From an uncultured Verrucomicrobiae bacterium (lineage in GTDB: Bacteria > Verrucomicrobiota > Verrucomicrobiia > Chthoniobacterales > UBA10450): a stretch of DNA of 64,000 nt. Location: contig CAVSMF010000005.1 in assembly GCA_963728975.1 (NCBI GenBank), positions 1-64,000 on the forward strand. The letters are read 5' to 3'. Positions within the stretch are counted from its first letter, which is position 1; each line of letters starts with the position of its first letter. The notes beneath the pieces were generated by a model. That model did not search any database, had not been told where the DNA came from, and worked only from the letters and a program-made list of their open reading frames with translations. The position numbers and the translations under genes are program-made. Shown piece by piece: positions 34,929 through 44,338 of this stretch.

Positions 34929-36580
34929 GATTCCTGCGAACGATCTCGATCTATTCTCTTCTTCTGCTCGGCTCGATTGTCTTCGCCTGGCCATTTATCT
35001 GGATGGCCGCGACTTCCGCGAAACTGCAGCGGGAATTGTTTAGCGATCATCCGAAGACGATGCCGGAGGCGCCCGACCCGCGAACACGCTCCCCTTACAT
35101 CAACCGTCGTTTGTTTGCCGATGTGAGCGGGCCGCGCATGCAAGAATCGATTGCCTTTATTCAAGCACAGCTGAAAGCCGGGAGTTATTCCCGGCCGGGC
35201 GATAGCGACCGCCAGCTGGCCCAAAAAGAAACGGCCCGCGGGATTTACGCGCATTTGCTGACAATGATTTCGACGGAGACGTGGAAAAAACCTGCCGGCC
35301 AGCTGGAAGCGGACATCGCCAAGAAAATTACTCCGGAATTGGTTTCGGACATTACCGGACAATTGCGCCGTGTCTTTTGCATTCGGCAACTCCAGGTGCG
35401 GTCCTACGATCTCCAGGAAGATCAACTGGTGGGGCCTAACGATGCCGCGGCGGCATGGAAAATCGGCGGATCGGCAGGGGCCCGTCTGGTTCAGGCCGGA
35501 CCGGCGGACCAGCCTTTCGCAGAATTACACTACGATTTTTCCAAAGGGGATTCGGTCACCCTGACCCGGACATTCACGACCAGTTTTCCAGTTTCACGGC
35601 TGCACCGCATTCAATTTTATCTCCGCAACGACGACACCTGGCACGCCATCCGGCTCACCATGGAAAAAGGCGGAAAGCAATTTCGCTCCGATCGCGCTAT
35701 CGACGATGCCGATTCCAACTGGGCGGTGGACACCTGGCAGGAGCCGGGCCCGGACGATCGGATCGATAAGATCCGGACCTGGACATTGTTGCGGGAGGTC
35801 GGCTCCGGCCAGCAATTCGTTAACGGCCCCAATCAGTTAAAGATTACGCTTGAATTGTCGCGCCGCAATCTGGTTGAGGCATGGATCGCCAAGATCCTTC
35901 ACAATTATCGCCTGACGCTGGATTACATTCCATTTTGGAGATATGTCGGGACCAGCCTCTTCCTGGTCATTCTGAATCTGGCCGGCACCTTGATCAGTTG
36001 TTCGCTGGCAGCCTACAGCTTTGCCCGATTGCAATGGCCGGGGCGAACCATCGCTTTCGGCCTCCTCCTGGCCACCATGATGATTCCGCCGCAGGTCACG
36101 ATGATTCCGCAATTTTTGATTTTTCAAAAACTTGGCTGGTACAACACATTGAAACCGCTCTGGGTGACCAGCTTCTTTGCCGCAGCCTTCAGCGTTTTCC
36201 TTCTCCACCAGTTTATCAAAGGCGTGCCACGCGATCTGGAGGACGCCGCCCGACTGGATGGTTGCGGGTTCCTCCGCATTTACTGGCACGTGATCCTCCC
36301 ATTGATCAAACCCGCCCTGGCCGTGATCGCGATTTTCAGTTTCCTGGCCACCTGGAATGAATTCATGAGTCCGCTGATTTATCTGAGCGACCAGCGTCTT
36401 TACCCGCTTTCATTCGGACTTTATGCGTTTCAGATTCAATCGTTGCAACCGGGAACCAGCGCCGAGATCGGCATGGTAATGGCAGGGTCCTTGTTGATGA
36501 CGCTGCCGGTAATCGCGATTTTCTTTTTCGCCCAACGCTATTTCCTGCAAGGCGTGACGTTGACCGGACTCAAAGCGTAG
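34925..36580 (+). CDS. carbohydrate ABC transporter permease with large N-terminal periplasmic domain
   Basis: C-terminal 6-TM permease with DAARLDGCGFLRIYWHVILPLIKP (EAA motif). Confidence 0.7.
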   Translation: MRFLRTISIYSLLLLGSIVFAWPFIWMAATSAKLQRELFSDHPKTMPEAPDPRTRSPYINRRLFADVSGPRMQESIAFIQAQLKAGSYSRPGDSDRQLAQKETARGIYAHLLTMISTETWKKPAGQLEADIAKKITPELVSDITGQLRRVFCIRQLQVRSYDLQEDQLVGPNDAAAAWKIGGSAGARLVQAGPADQPFAELHYDFSKGDSVTLTRTFTTSFPVSRLHRIQFYLRNDDTWHAIRLTMEKGGKQFRSDRAIDDADSNWAVDTWQEPGPDDRIDKIRTWTLLREVGSGQQFVNGPNQLKITLELSRRNLVEAWIAKILHNYRLTLDYIPFWRYVGTSLFLVILNLAGTLISCSLAAYSFARLQWPGRTIAFGLLLATMMIPPQVTMIPQFLIFQKLGWYNTLKPLWVTSFFAAAFSVFLLHQFIKGVPRDLEDAARLDGCGFLRIYWHVILPLIKPALAVIAIFSFLATWNEFMSPLIYLSDQRLYPLSFGLYAFQIQSLQPGTSAEIGMVMAGSLLMTLPVIAIFFFAQRYFLQGVTLTGLKA

Positions 36581-36976
36581 AAAGAAGCGCGCTTATCGCC
36601 GCGAGGCCGTCCGTCGATCGTGGGAAACAAGCCGCGATCCGACAGAAAAAGCCGGTTACAAACCGAACTGGGAGATGTATCAAAAAGGTACCTCGGTAGC
36701 ATCATAACAAGACCAGCCACAATTTGCGACCGAGCAAATGCACTCAATTGAGTGTCGCGTAATATATTGATTATCAACAGATAACAAACAAACGATTCGA
36801 AATCGGAGGCGACTCCGAACAGTTGGCACTTAGCATGATAACTATGAGCCACAATGAATGCATCGACAGAAGAATTTCACCGGAGCAAATCGGCTGGCCG
36901 AATCGCCTCTGGTGGTATCAAATGGCGGTTCGTTCATTCAACACAGACGGAAAACCTAAATTAGAAAGTACAACCA

Positions 36977-37138
36977 ATGCCAAAGGCAAAGAAAAAGTTG
37001 CAGCTTCGCGATCAGAAGCCGGCAAAAGATCCGAAGGGTGGAGGCCATCATGGCACTCGGCGTGGCCACTTGAACACAGCGGGCACCGCCACGAGCGACA
37101 CTCAACGGCGTCATAATCGGCATCACAACCTCCAGTGA
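36977..37138 (+). CDS. candidate small basic His-rich protein (53 aa; coordinates approximate)
   Basis: MPKAKKKLQLRDQKPAKDPKGGGHHGTRRGH...RRHNRHHNLQ, followed immediately by a strong hairpin terminator. Below the ORF-table size threshold. Confidence 0.2.
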   Translation: MPKAKKKLQLRDQKPAKDPKGGGHHGTRRGHLNTAGTATSDTQRRHNRHHNLQ

Positions 37139-37144
37139 TGAAAC

Positions 37145-37179
37145 GAACCGCACTGCGGCGCGATCCGCAGTGCGGTTTT
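37145..37179. terminator. intrinsic terminator hairpin, potentially bidirectional (downstream of yceI on -, and of the small ORF on +)
   Basis: gaaccgcactgcggcgcgatccgcagtgcggtttt: 10-bp GC-rich stem plus a T-run. Confidence 0.6.
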
Positions 37180-37221
37180 GAAGCTCCCCCGAGAGCGGAA
37201 CCAGCCTGATTCGAGAAAGCG

Positions 37222-37803
37222 TTACCTGGATCGGACCGCCTCGATCTCAATCCTGACTGAAACTTCCCGGCTGATACCGGACATGCCTTCGGTCGCCCTG
37301 CCGAACATCAGCTGAAACGCGCGGCGATCGATCGGACCCGCCGTCCCTTGCCAGCGCGATCGCTCCGCCGACGGCTGGCTCAACATCCGAACATGCAGAA
37401 CGATCGGCTTGGTAAATCCGTGCATGGTGAGAGCACCCCCGATATCGGCAGTCTGCCGGCCGGTTAGTTTCACGCTCCCGCTCCGAAATATAATTTCAGG
37501 GAACTTGGCAACATTGAAAAATTCCGCGCTACGCAGATGATCGTCGCGCCTTTTGTTACCGGTGTCGATGCTGTCTACCTGAATTCTGGCCGACACGGAT
37601 GAATGCTCGGATTGTTGAGGATCGAATTCGATGTTTCCGGAGAACTCCCGGAACCGGCCGCTGGTAGTGAAGAAAAACTGGTGCACTCTGAACCCGATGG
37701 TCGAGTGGGCCGGATCGATCTGGTAAACTTCGCCTCGGGCGGGAAGCGGGAGAAGCGCCGCCGGAAAAGCAAGGACCGCCAGAATTGGGACAATCGATTT
37801 CAT
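37222..37803 (-). CDS. YceI-like periplasmic protein
   Basis: Signal peptide plus YQIDPAHSTIGFRVHQFFFTTSGRFREFSGNIEFDP, the YceI signature. Confidence 0.7.
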   Translation of the reverse strand: MKSIVPILAVLAFPAALLPLPARGEVYQIDPAHSTIGFRVHQFFFTTSGRFREFSGNIEFDPQQSEHSSVSARIQVDSIDTGNKRRDDHLRSAEFFNVAKFPEIIFRSGSVKLTGRQTADIGGALTMHGFTKPIVLHVRMLSQPSAERSRWQGTAGPIDRRAFQLMFGRATEGMSGISREVSVRIEIEAVRSR

Positions 37804-38087
37804 CGCCCTCCACGAGCCGAAAGACAGGAGAACCGGGAAACCCGGAGTCGAACAAGCAAAACTGCGCCGCAGTTGGACTCCGATTTCTCCTGAAATCCGC
37901 AGACGAAACGCAGGACACCGCGCACAAGGCGGTGGCCACAGTTATTTCCTGGTTTGCTTAGCAATGCTGCTTCCTGGCTTCCAGATTTTGGCCACAGATT
38001 TACACAGATGAAACACAGATACGGCAAGGTTTCTGCATTCTGATGTTTTAACCGCGGATAACACGGATGGCTCGGAGACCCCATAAT

Positions 38088-38230
38088 TTAATCCCGGCGT
38101 CTCACAGAGACGCCTTACAACCAGATTCCTGCTTTCCTGTTTTCCTTAGAGATCTTTTCCTGGTTTCCAGATCCAATCTCCTCCTCTCCCCGGCGTCTCA
38201 CAGAGACGCCCTACAACCAGATTCCTGTTT
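38088..38230. repeat. two copies of a ~50-bp repeat containing the palindrome ggcgtctcacagagacgcc
   Basis: ccggcgtctcacagagacgcc(t/c)tacaaccagattcctg(c)tttcct, twice, ~90 bp apart. Confidence 0.7.
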
Positions 38231-38260
38231 TCCTTTATCCAATACTCCAACACTCCATTT

Positions 38261-38833
38261 CTATTCGACAGTTTTTACTTTCTTTTGCGTCTTGATTGCC
38301 AGTTTCTTCAGCAGCGGCGTCCGCGAGAACGGCAATTTTCCGAATAAATTTGCCAGAGCGAACGCCGGATCGCCTCGCCGCAAATCTTCATGATGCACGC
38401 CGGTGATCCGGGCCAGCTCGGTTTCGAAGTGAGCAACGGCGCGTGCGGTGGGCTCGCCGGAATGGAGATAGCCAAAGGCGCGCCGCAACAGGGCAAAAAG
38501 CTCCGGCTCGTTGTGATCGCGTTCTGTGCATAACTCGATCAATTCGACGAAGTAGGCGGCGGTCTGCATTCGGAGGTAGCTTGTTCGAATTCCGGCGAAC
38601 GGGTTTCGCAAAACTACCTCGGAAAGAGTATGCAAACCGGACCTGCGGCTCGGGACAATCTGAATTTCGGTCTCAAAAAACAGGTCGAGCTTCCCCGAAA
38701 ACGGGCTTTTGGCCCGGCGCGCCCCCTTGGCAATGGTTTGAATGCAGCCGAGCGATTCCGTGCACCAGGAAACAATCAAACTTGTGTCGCTGAATTTTCG
38801 TTTGCGCAGAAGGATCGCCGCGGTGCTGGGCAC
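38261..38833 (-). CDS. recO: DNA repair protein RecO
   Basis: AILLRKRKFSDTSLIVSWCTESLGCIQTIAKGARRAKSPFSGKLDLF is the RecO N-terminal OB-fold signature. Confidence 0.6.
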   Translation of the reverse strand: MPSTAAILLRKRKFSDTSLIVSWCTESLGCIQTIAKGARRAKSPFSGKLDLFFETEIQIVPSRRSGLHTLSEVVLRNPFAGIRTSYLRMQTAAYFVELIELCTERDHNEPELFALLRRAFGYLHSGEPTARAVAHFETELARITGVHHEDLRRGDPAFALANLFGKLPFSRTPLLKKLAIKTQKKVKTVE

Positions 38834-39032
38834 ACTTTACTGTTAACGCGAATCGGGTTAGACGCATCCCTCCATTTTCAGCGGTGGATCAAGGGGGAGT
38901 GATTGGTCCGCTAAACACGCGAAAGGACGCTAAAGGAAAAGAATTAGTGGGACGACACAAGGTCGTCCCTCCCAATTAATTCCTAATTTGGCGTCTTTTA
39001 GCGTATTTGGCGGACCAATCCGTCCCTCCGGT

Positions 39033-40439
39033 TTAGCGGTTGACGATGTGGAGCGCGCGTTTTTCCACGGCCATGGCCGCTTCCTTGACTGCTTCGCTCA
39101 AAGTTGGATGAGCATGACAGGTCCGGCCCAAGTCTTCCGAGCTGCCGCCGAATTCGATGACCGAAGTCGGCTCCGCGATCAATTCGGAGGCGGCATGTTG
39201 CAAAATGTGAGCGCCAAGAATCCGATCGGTCCTGGCGTCGGCCACGAATTTTACCATGCCCTCGGCATCCTCGTTAGCCAGGGCCCGGCCATTGGCGCGA
39301 AATGGGAACTTGCCGATTTTCACTTCGATCCCCTGCTCTTTCGCCTGGTCTTCGGTTAGGCCCACCCCAGCCAGCTCGGGGTTTGTGTAAATGATTCCGG
39401 GAATCGCATCGTAATTCACGTGCCCGGCTTTGCCGGCGATAATCTCCACGCATGCGATTCCTTCTTCTTCGGCCTTGTGGGCAAGCATCGGGCCGGGAAT
39501 AACATCCCCGATGGCGTAAATCCCTTCGATGTTCGTGCGAAAATGGGCGTCGACCTTGATCCGTTTGCGGTCGTCGAATGCGACCCCCACTTTTTCCGCT
39601 CCGACCCCTTCCGAGAAGGGCCGCCGGCCGACCGAGACCAGCACCTTGTCGGCTTCGAATTTCAATTCTTCGGTGCCCTTGGTTGCGGTGGCAACCACCC
39701 GTCCGTTCTCGACGTTGACCGCGCTGACTTTCGCGTCGAGATGAAACGTCATCCCCTGGGCGGTCAAGGCGCGTTGCAGCAAATTCGACATTTCGAGGTC
39801 GAACCCAAGCGCAATCCGGGGAAGAAACTCCAGAACGGTCACTTCCGATCCGAGCCGGTTCCAAACCGAACCGAGCTCGAGGCCGATGGCGCCGGCCCCG
39901 ATCACCAAAAATTTCGGTGGCGGCTCGGTGAAACACAATGCCTCCGTGCTGCTGACAATGGTATCGCCGTTAAATTTGGCAAACGGCAACTCGACCGGGA
40001 CGCTGCCGGTGGCGATCACGATGTTTTTTGTTTCAATCTCCTCGGCCGCGCCCGCTGACGATTGGATGGAAACTTTTCCAGGCGCCGTAATCGTGCCCAA
40101 ACCCTCGAACGTCGTCACTTTGTTCGTTTTCATCAGGGCCCGGACTCCGCCGGTCAACGTTTTTACGACTTTTTCCTTGCGCTGCTGCATTTTCCCGAGA
40201 TCGACCCTGGCGTTCTCGATGATGATCCCATGTTTGCCCGCTTCTTTTTTAGCGAACATGAAATGATCGCTGGAAGTGAGCAGCGCTTTGCTCGGGATAC
40301 ACCCGATATTGAGACAGGTGCCGCCGAGTTCCTTGTCCTTTTCGACAATGGCCGTCTTTAGACCGAGCTGGCCTGCGCGAATGGCCGCGACGTAGCCGCC
40401 TGGCCCCGAGCCGATGATGACGACATCAAATTTTTCCAT
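39033..40439 (-). CDS. lpdA: dihydrolipoyl dehydrogenase (E3)
   Basis: FDVVIIGSGPGGYVAAIRAGQLGLKTAIVEK...GGTCLNIGCIPSKALL; C-terminal HAHPTLSE. Confidence 0.85.
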   Translation of the reverse strand: MEKFDVVIIGSGPGGYVAAIRAGQLGLKTAIVEKDKELGGTCLNIGCIPSKALLTSSDHFMFAKKEAGKHGIIIENARVDLGKMQQRKEKVVKTLTGGVRALMKTNKVTTFEGLGTITAPGKVSIQSSAGAAEEIETKNIVIATGSVPVELPFAKFNGDTIVSSTEALCFTEPPPKFLVIGAGAIGLELGSVWNRLGSEVTVLEFLPRIALGFDLEMSNLLQRALTAQGMTFHLDAKVSAVNVENGRVVATATKGTEELKFEADKVLVSVGRRPFSEGVGAEKVGVAFDDRKRIKVDAHFRTNIEGIYAIGDVIPGPMLAHKAEEEGIACVEIIAGKAGHVNYDAIPGIIYTNPELAGVGLTEDQAKEQGIEVKIGKFPFRANGRALANEDAEGMVKFVADARTDRILGAHILQHAASELIAEPTSVIEFGGSSEDLGRTCHAHPTLSEAVKEAAMAVEKRALHIVNR

Positions 40440-40565
40440 ATTATATTAATATAGCCCCAAGTTTGTCATTCCGAGCGCAGCACAGCGGAGTCGAGGAATC
40501 TCGTTGAATCATCGCAGGTACAATACGGGATGTCTCGGCTGCGCTCGACATGACAAAGAAAAAGT

Positions 40566-41834
40566 CTAAAAGTCGATGGGCAGTTTCCGGGGATCCTCGA
40601 TGCACTCTTTTACTTTTATCAGGAATGTGACCGCCTCTTTCCCGTCGATGGCGCGGTGATCGTAGCTCAGGGCCAGGTACATCATGGGACGGATTTCCAC
40701 TTTGCCGTCGATGGCGATCGGGCGCGGCATGATTTTGTGCATCCCGAGAATTCCGGTTTGCGGCGGATTCAATATGGGAGTGCTCAAGAGCGAACCGTAA
40801 ACGCCGCCGTTTGAAATGGTGAATGTTCCGCCCTGTAGCTCTTCGATCTTGAGCTTTCCTTCGCGGGCTTTGGCGGCGTAACCGGCGATGTCGCGTTCCA
40901 GGTCGGCAAAGCTCTTTTTATCGGCATCGCGCACGACCGGCACGACCAAACCCCGATCCGTGCCCACCGCCACACCGATATCGTAAAAATGATTCTCGAT
41001 GAAATCTTCGTCCTCAATTCGACCGTTAAGCGAAGAAACGACTTTCAGGCCTTCGATGGCTGCTTTGATGAAAAAGGACATGAACCCAAGTTTGACTCCG
41101 TTCTTCTTAGCGAAAGCATCCTGCGATTTCGTTCGCAACTCCTGAACGGCGGTCATGTCGCACTCGTTGAACGTAGTGAGAATGGCGGCGGTATGCTGAG
41201 CCATCACCAGCTGGGCCGCGATCTTGCGCCGCAACGGCGACATCTTTCGCCGGGTAAAGCGCTGCTCGGACGATTGGCCATCGGATGGCAGGGGCGCGGG
41301 ACTAACCGGAGAAGAAACAGTCGACTCAGAAGCGGACAAGCTGACACCTTCCTCTTCAGGTTTCTTCGCGGTTACCCCAAGCACGTCGCCTTTGGTCAAA
41401 CGGCCGCCCTTTCCCGTTCCGGAAATTTTCTCCGGCTCGAGCTGTTGTTCTTCGACGATTCGCCGGACCGCGGGCGAAAGCGGCTCGGTATCCGCAGGGC
41501 CGGTTCCGGCCGGGCGTTCCGGGCCGGATTCCGAGGCGGTCGCCGGTTTTTGGCCGGCAGTTCGCCCGGTATCGCTGGCCGGGGCGGCAGGCGCCGATTT
41601 TGAATCGTCAATCGTGGCAACGATCTCACCAATCTTGACTTCCGCGCCTTCCTTGACCCTGGTTTCGAGCAGGCCTGCTTTTTCGGCGGGGATCTCAGTG
41701 GAAACCTTGTCCGTTTCGAGGGTAAACAAAGGATCGCCCGCGTTGACGTAATCGCCCGATTTCTTGTGCCAAACCGAGACTACGCCGCTGGTGATCGATT
41801 CACCGACGGCGGGGATCTTCACTTCAATGGCCAT
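40566..41834 (-). CDS. sucB: 2-oxoglutarate dehydrogenase E2 component (dihydrolipoamide succinyltransferase)
   Basis: Single lipoyl domain ([13 protein letters not shown]). Catalytic domain with DHRAIDG. Located next to lpdA and near sucA. Confidence 0.7.
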   Translation of the reverse strand: MAIEVKIPAVGESITSGVVSVWHKKSGDYVNAGDPLFTLETDKVSTEIPAEKAGLLETRVKEGAEVKIGEIVATIDDSKSAPAAPASDTGRTAGQKPATASESGPERPAGTGPADTEPLSPAVRRIVEEQQLEPEKISGTGKGGRLTKGDVLGVTAKKPEEEGVSLSASESTVSSPVSPAPLPSDGQSSEQRFTRRKMSPLRRKIAAQLVMAQHTAAILTTFNECDMTAVQELRTKSQDAFAKKNGVKLGFMSFFIKAAIEGLKVVSSLNGRIEDEDFIENHFYDIGVAVGTDRGLVVPVVRDADKKSFADLERDIAGYAAKAREGKLKIEELQGGTFTISNGGVYGSLLSTPILNPPQTGILGMHKIMPRPIAIDGKVEIRPMMYLALSYDHRAIDGKEAVTFLIKVKECIEDPRKLPIDF

Positions 41835-42297
41835 GTACTCGTCGTATCTAAGCCCAGAAAAAACGGCTGGTCGATTGGATCAACGAAAATGAAATCCCGA
41901 AGGAAGTAAGGCCGTTCCCGCATCAGCTTCCAGGATGCGAGGCTGACCATCTTGCGTGAACCCGTCCGGCTAGGCGGCATCCTCGCTGCTGCCGAGGCGT
42001 GGCAAGAAAGGATGGCTGGGAATTTGCTGCAAGCGATGCCATGCTGTTCATGAGTTTGCCAAAGGCATTTTCAAGACAGCCCTCATCCTGGATCTTCGCT
42101 CGAAATGATCGCTTGATTCTGGAATCGGATTCTCGATTTTTTTACCGGTTATCAAATCAGTTTTTTTCTTTTTTATGGCGGCTCGATCTGGGGAGTCGCA
42201 TGGTTTTGCGATCGGAAATCGGCGGTCCTGGCGGATTGATCGCCGGCATCACCTGGTGGTGGGCCGACAGACAAGCCGGCCACCCCTATCTTCATAA

Positions 42298-43081
42298 TTG
42301 GATCGAGGCTGGGAAGCGATAATCCATCTCGGCTATTTCATGTTCATTGCCTTTGTCGGTTCGATCTTGCGGGCCCACAGCGATGAGGCCGAAAGCCGGA
42401 TCTCGTTGCTTGAATATTCCCAGCAACTGGAGCGGGAAATCATCGGGATCAGCGAACGGGAGCAGCGCCGGATTGGCCAGGATTTGCATGATGGGATCTG
42501 TCAATTCCTGGCGGCTCTTGGTTGCGCGGCGGCTTCTCTTCGGAGCGATCTGGAAAAAATGAATTTGTCCGCCGAAGCAAATGTTGCCGGCGAGTTGGCC
42601 AGACTGTTTCAAGACGCAGTGGTCCAGACACGGGATTTGGCCCGCGGGCTGGTTCCACTGCAGATTGGACGAAGCGGGGCTGGCATGCTGGCCTTGGAAA
42701 ATCTAGCCGTCTCGGTGAGCCGCTTGCAGGGGATTACCTGCACATTTCGAAGCCAGCGGGCCGGCCGTTCACGTTGAAGAAAAATCCGCCATGCATCTTT
42801 ATCGGATTGCTCAGGAAGCGATCAACAATGCGCCAAACATGGCAAGGCCCGCACCATCGCGGTGTCGCTTTCTGCGCGCCCGGGTATCGCCACCCTCCAG
42901 ATTGCGGATGACGGCGCCGGGATTTCGCAGTCCGGAACAACATCGAAATGGCATGGGTTTGAGCATCATGAACTACCGCGCTCGGGTTAGTGGTGGCGAA
43001 TTGAACATTTACGAACCGGACAACGGGGGCACGGTGGTTTCGTGCACGTGTATCCACAGGCAATGGGCAAGACGAGAATGA
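42298..43081 (+). pseudogene. NarX/HisKA_3-type sensor histidine kinase, frameshifted (two ORF fragments 42298-42777 and 42791-43081); N-terminal sensor region also disrupted
   Basis: H-box EQRRIGQDLHDGICQ in frame 1. HATPase part (LYRIAQEAINNA ... NGMGLSIMNYRARVSGGELNI) in frame 2. Confidence 0.5.
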
Positions 43082-43741
43082 CAGCGTCTAACCACAAACC
43101 CGAATTGTCATTGTCGAAGATCATCCCATGTTTCGGGAGCAGCTTGCTCATCTGGTCAATCGGGAAGGAGATCTTAGGCGTTTGCGGGGAGGCGGACAGT
43201 GTTCCCGACGGTATTTGTCTTATTCGGGAACAACGGCCCCATTTGGTGATCGTGGAATTAATCTTAAAGGAGCCAACGGCCTGGAATTACTCAAGGATCT
43301 GCGGGCCCAGGAGATCGATGTTCCCACCCTGGTCCTGTCCATGCACGATGAATCGCTCTACGCGGAGCGAGCCATGCGGGCCGGGGCCAAAGGTTATATT
43401 ACCAAACACGAGGCGTCGGCCAAGGTAATGATCGCCATTCGACAAGTCCTGGCCGGTGAAATTTATCTCGAACCAAAATTCATGTCCCGGATCGTCGGTA
43501 AATTGATGGGCATGAACATAAACGAGACGCCGACCAACCGACAAGAACTGGCCGACCGGGAACTGGAAGTTTTCGAGTTGATCGGCCGCGGATATACCAG
43601 CCGCCAAATCGGAACGCCGAACTCGGCATTGGCCTAACTACGATCGACACCTACCGGGCGCGCATTAAGGAAAAATTGGGACTTGGAAAACGCCGCCCAT
43701 CTTACACCCAAGCCAGCCGATGGGTGCAGAGCACGGGATGA
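43078..43741 (+). pseudogene. NarL/FixJ-family response regulator (REC + LuxR HTH) with at least 4 frameshifts
   Basis: MTASNHKP | RIVIVEDHPMFREQLAHLVNREGDL | VCGEADSVPDGICLIREQRPHLVIV | DINLKGANGLELL...SMHDE... | LGIGLTTIDTYRARIKEKLGL are encoded in alternating frames. Confidence 0.5.
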
Positions 43742-43892
43742 GCTCGAAGATTGGGCGGGCGAGCTCCGACCCGGGGTCCAACTGTAGTGATTTCCGCTAC
43801 AAAAAATGACTGCCGGCACTGTTGCGGAGGAAGGTCTGTCTCCCTGCTCACTAGGTCGCGTCAATTAACAACCATGCCACTCAAACTTCCAT

Positions 43893-44338
43893 GAAACAGA
43901 TTTATTACTCTAAATAGCCGGCGCGGCTTCACTCTCGTTGAGATCATGATCGTCGTCGCAATTATCGCCCTGCTCGCTTCCATCGCTGTTCCAGGATTTC
44001 TCCGGGCCCGGAAACGCGCCCAAGCTGCGCGCATCCTGAACGACCTGCGCTTGATCGACTCAGCCATCGACCAGTATGCCATTGAAACGAACAAAGCGAC
44101 CGGGGCGACCGTCAACATCGCGGACTGGACGGCTTACATGAAGAAAGGGTCAATCCTTTTTACCACCGGGAAGGATCTTTTTGGGAACACTTATGGCACG
44201 CAATTGGTTGACTCATTGCCGAAAGTTCCCGCCAGTTCCAAGCGTCGCTTTCCGACGTGGCCGATGCCGCCTTCTGGTCTCCCTATCAATAAGACTGTGC
44301 AGCAGCGGAACTCCGGACCCGCCGGCTACGTTGGGTGA
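43893..44338 (+). pseudogene. prepilin-type (type IV pilin / pseudopilin-like) protein with frameshift in the leader
   Basis: MKQIYYSK* in one frame, then RRGFTLVEIMIVVAIIALLASIAVP (N-terminal cleavage/methylation motif) in another. No start codon is available in the second frame. Confidence 0.4.

Noticed and set aside
36823-37116. 97-aa ORF in the AT-rich island
   Set aside because: It has no start context and an odd composition. It lies in a different frame from the better-supported small ORF, and its end does not align with the terminator.
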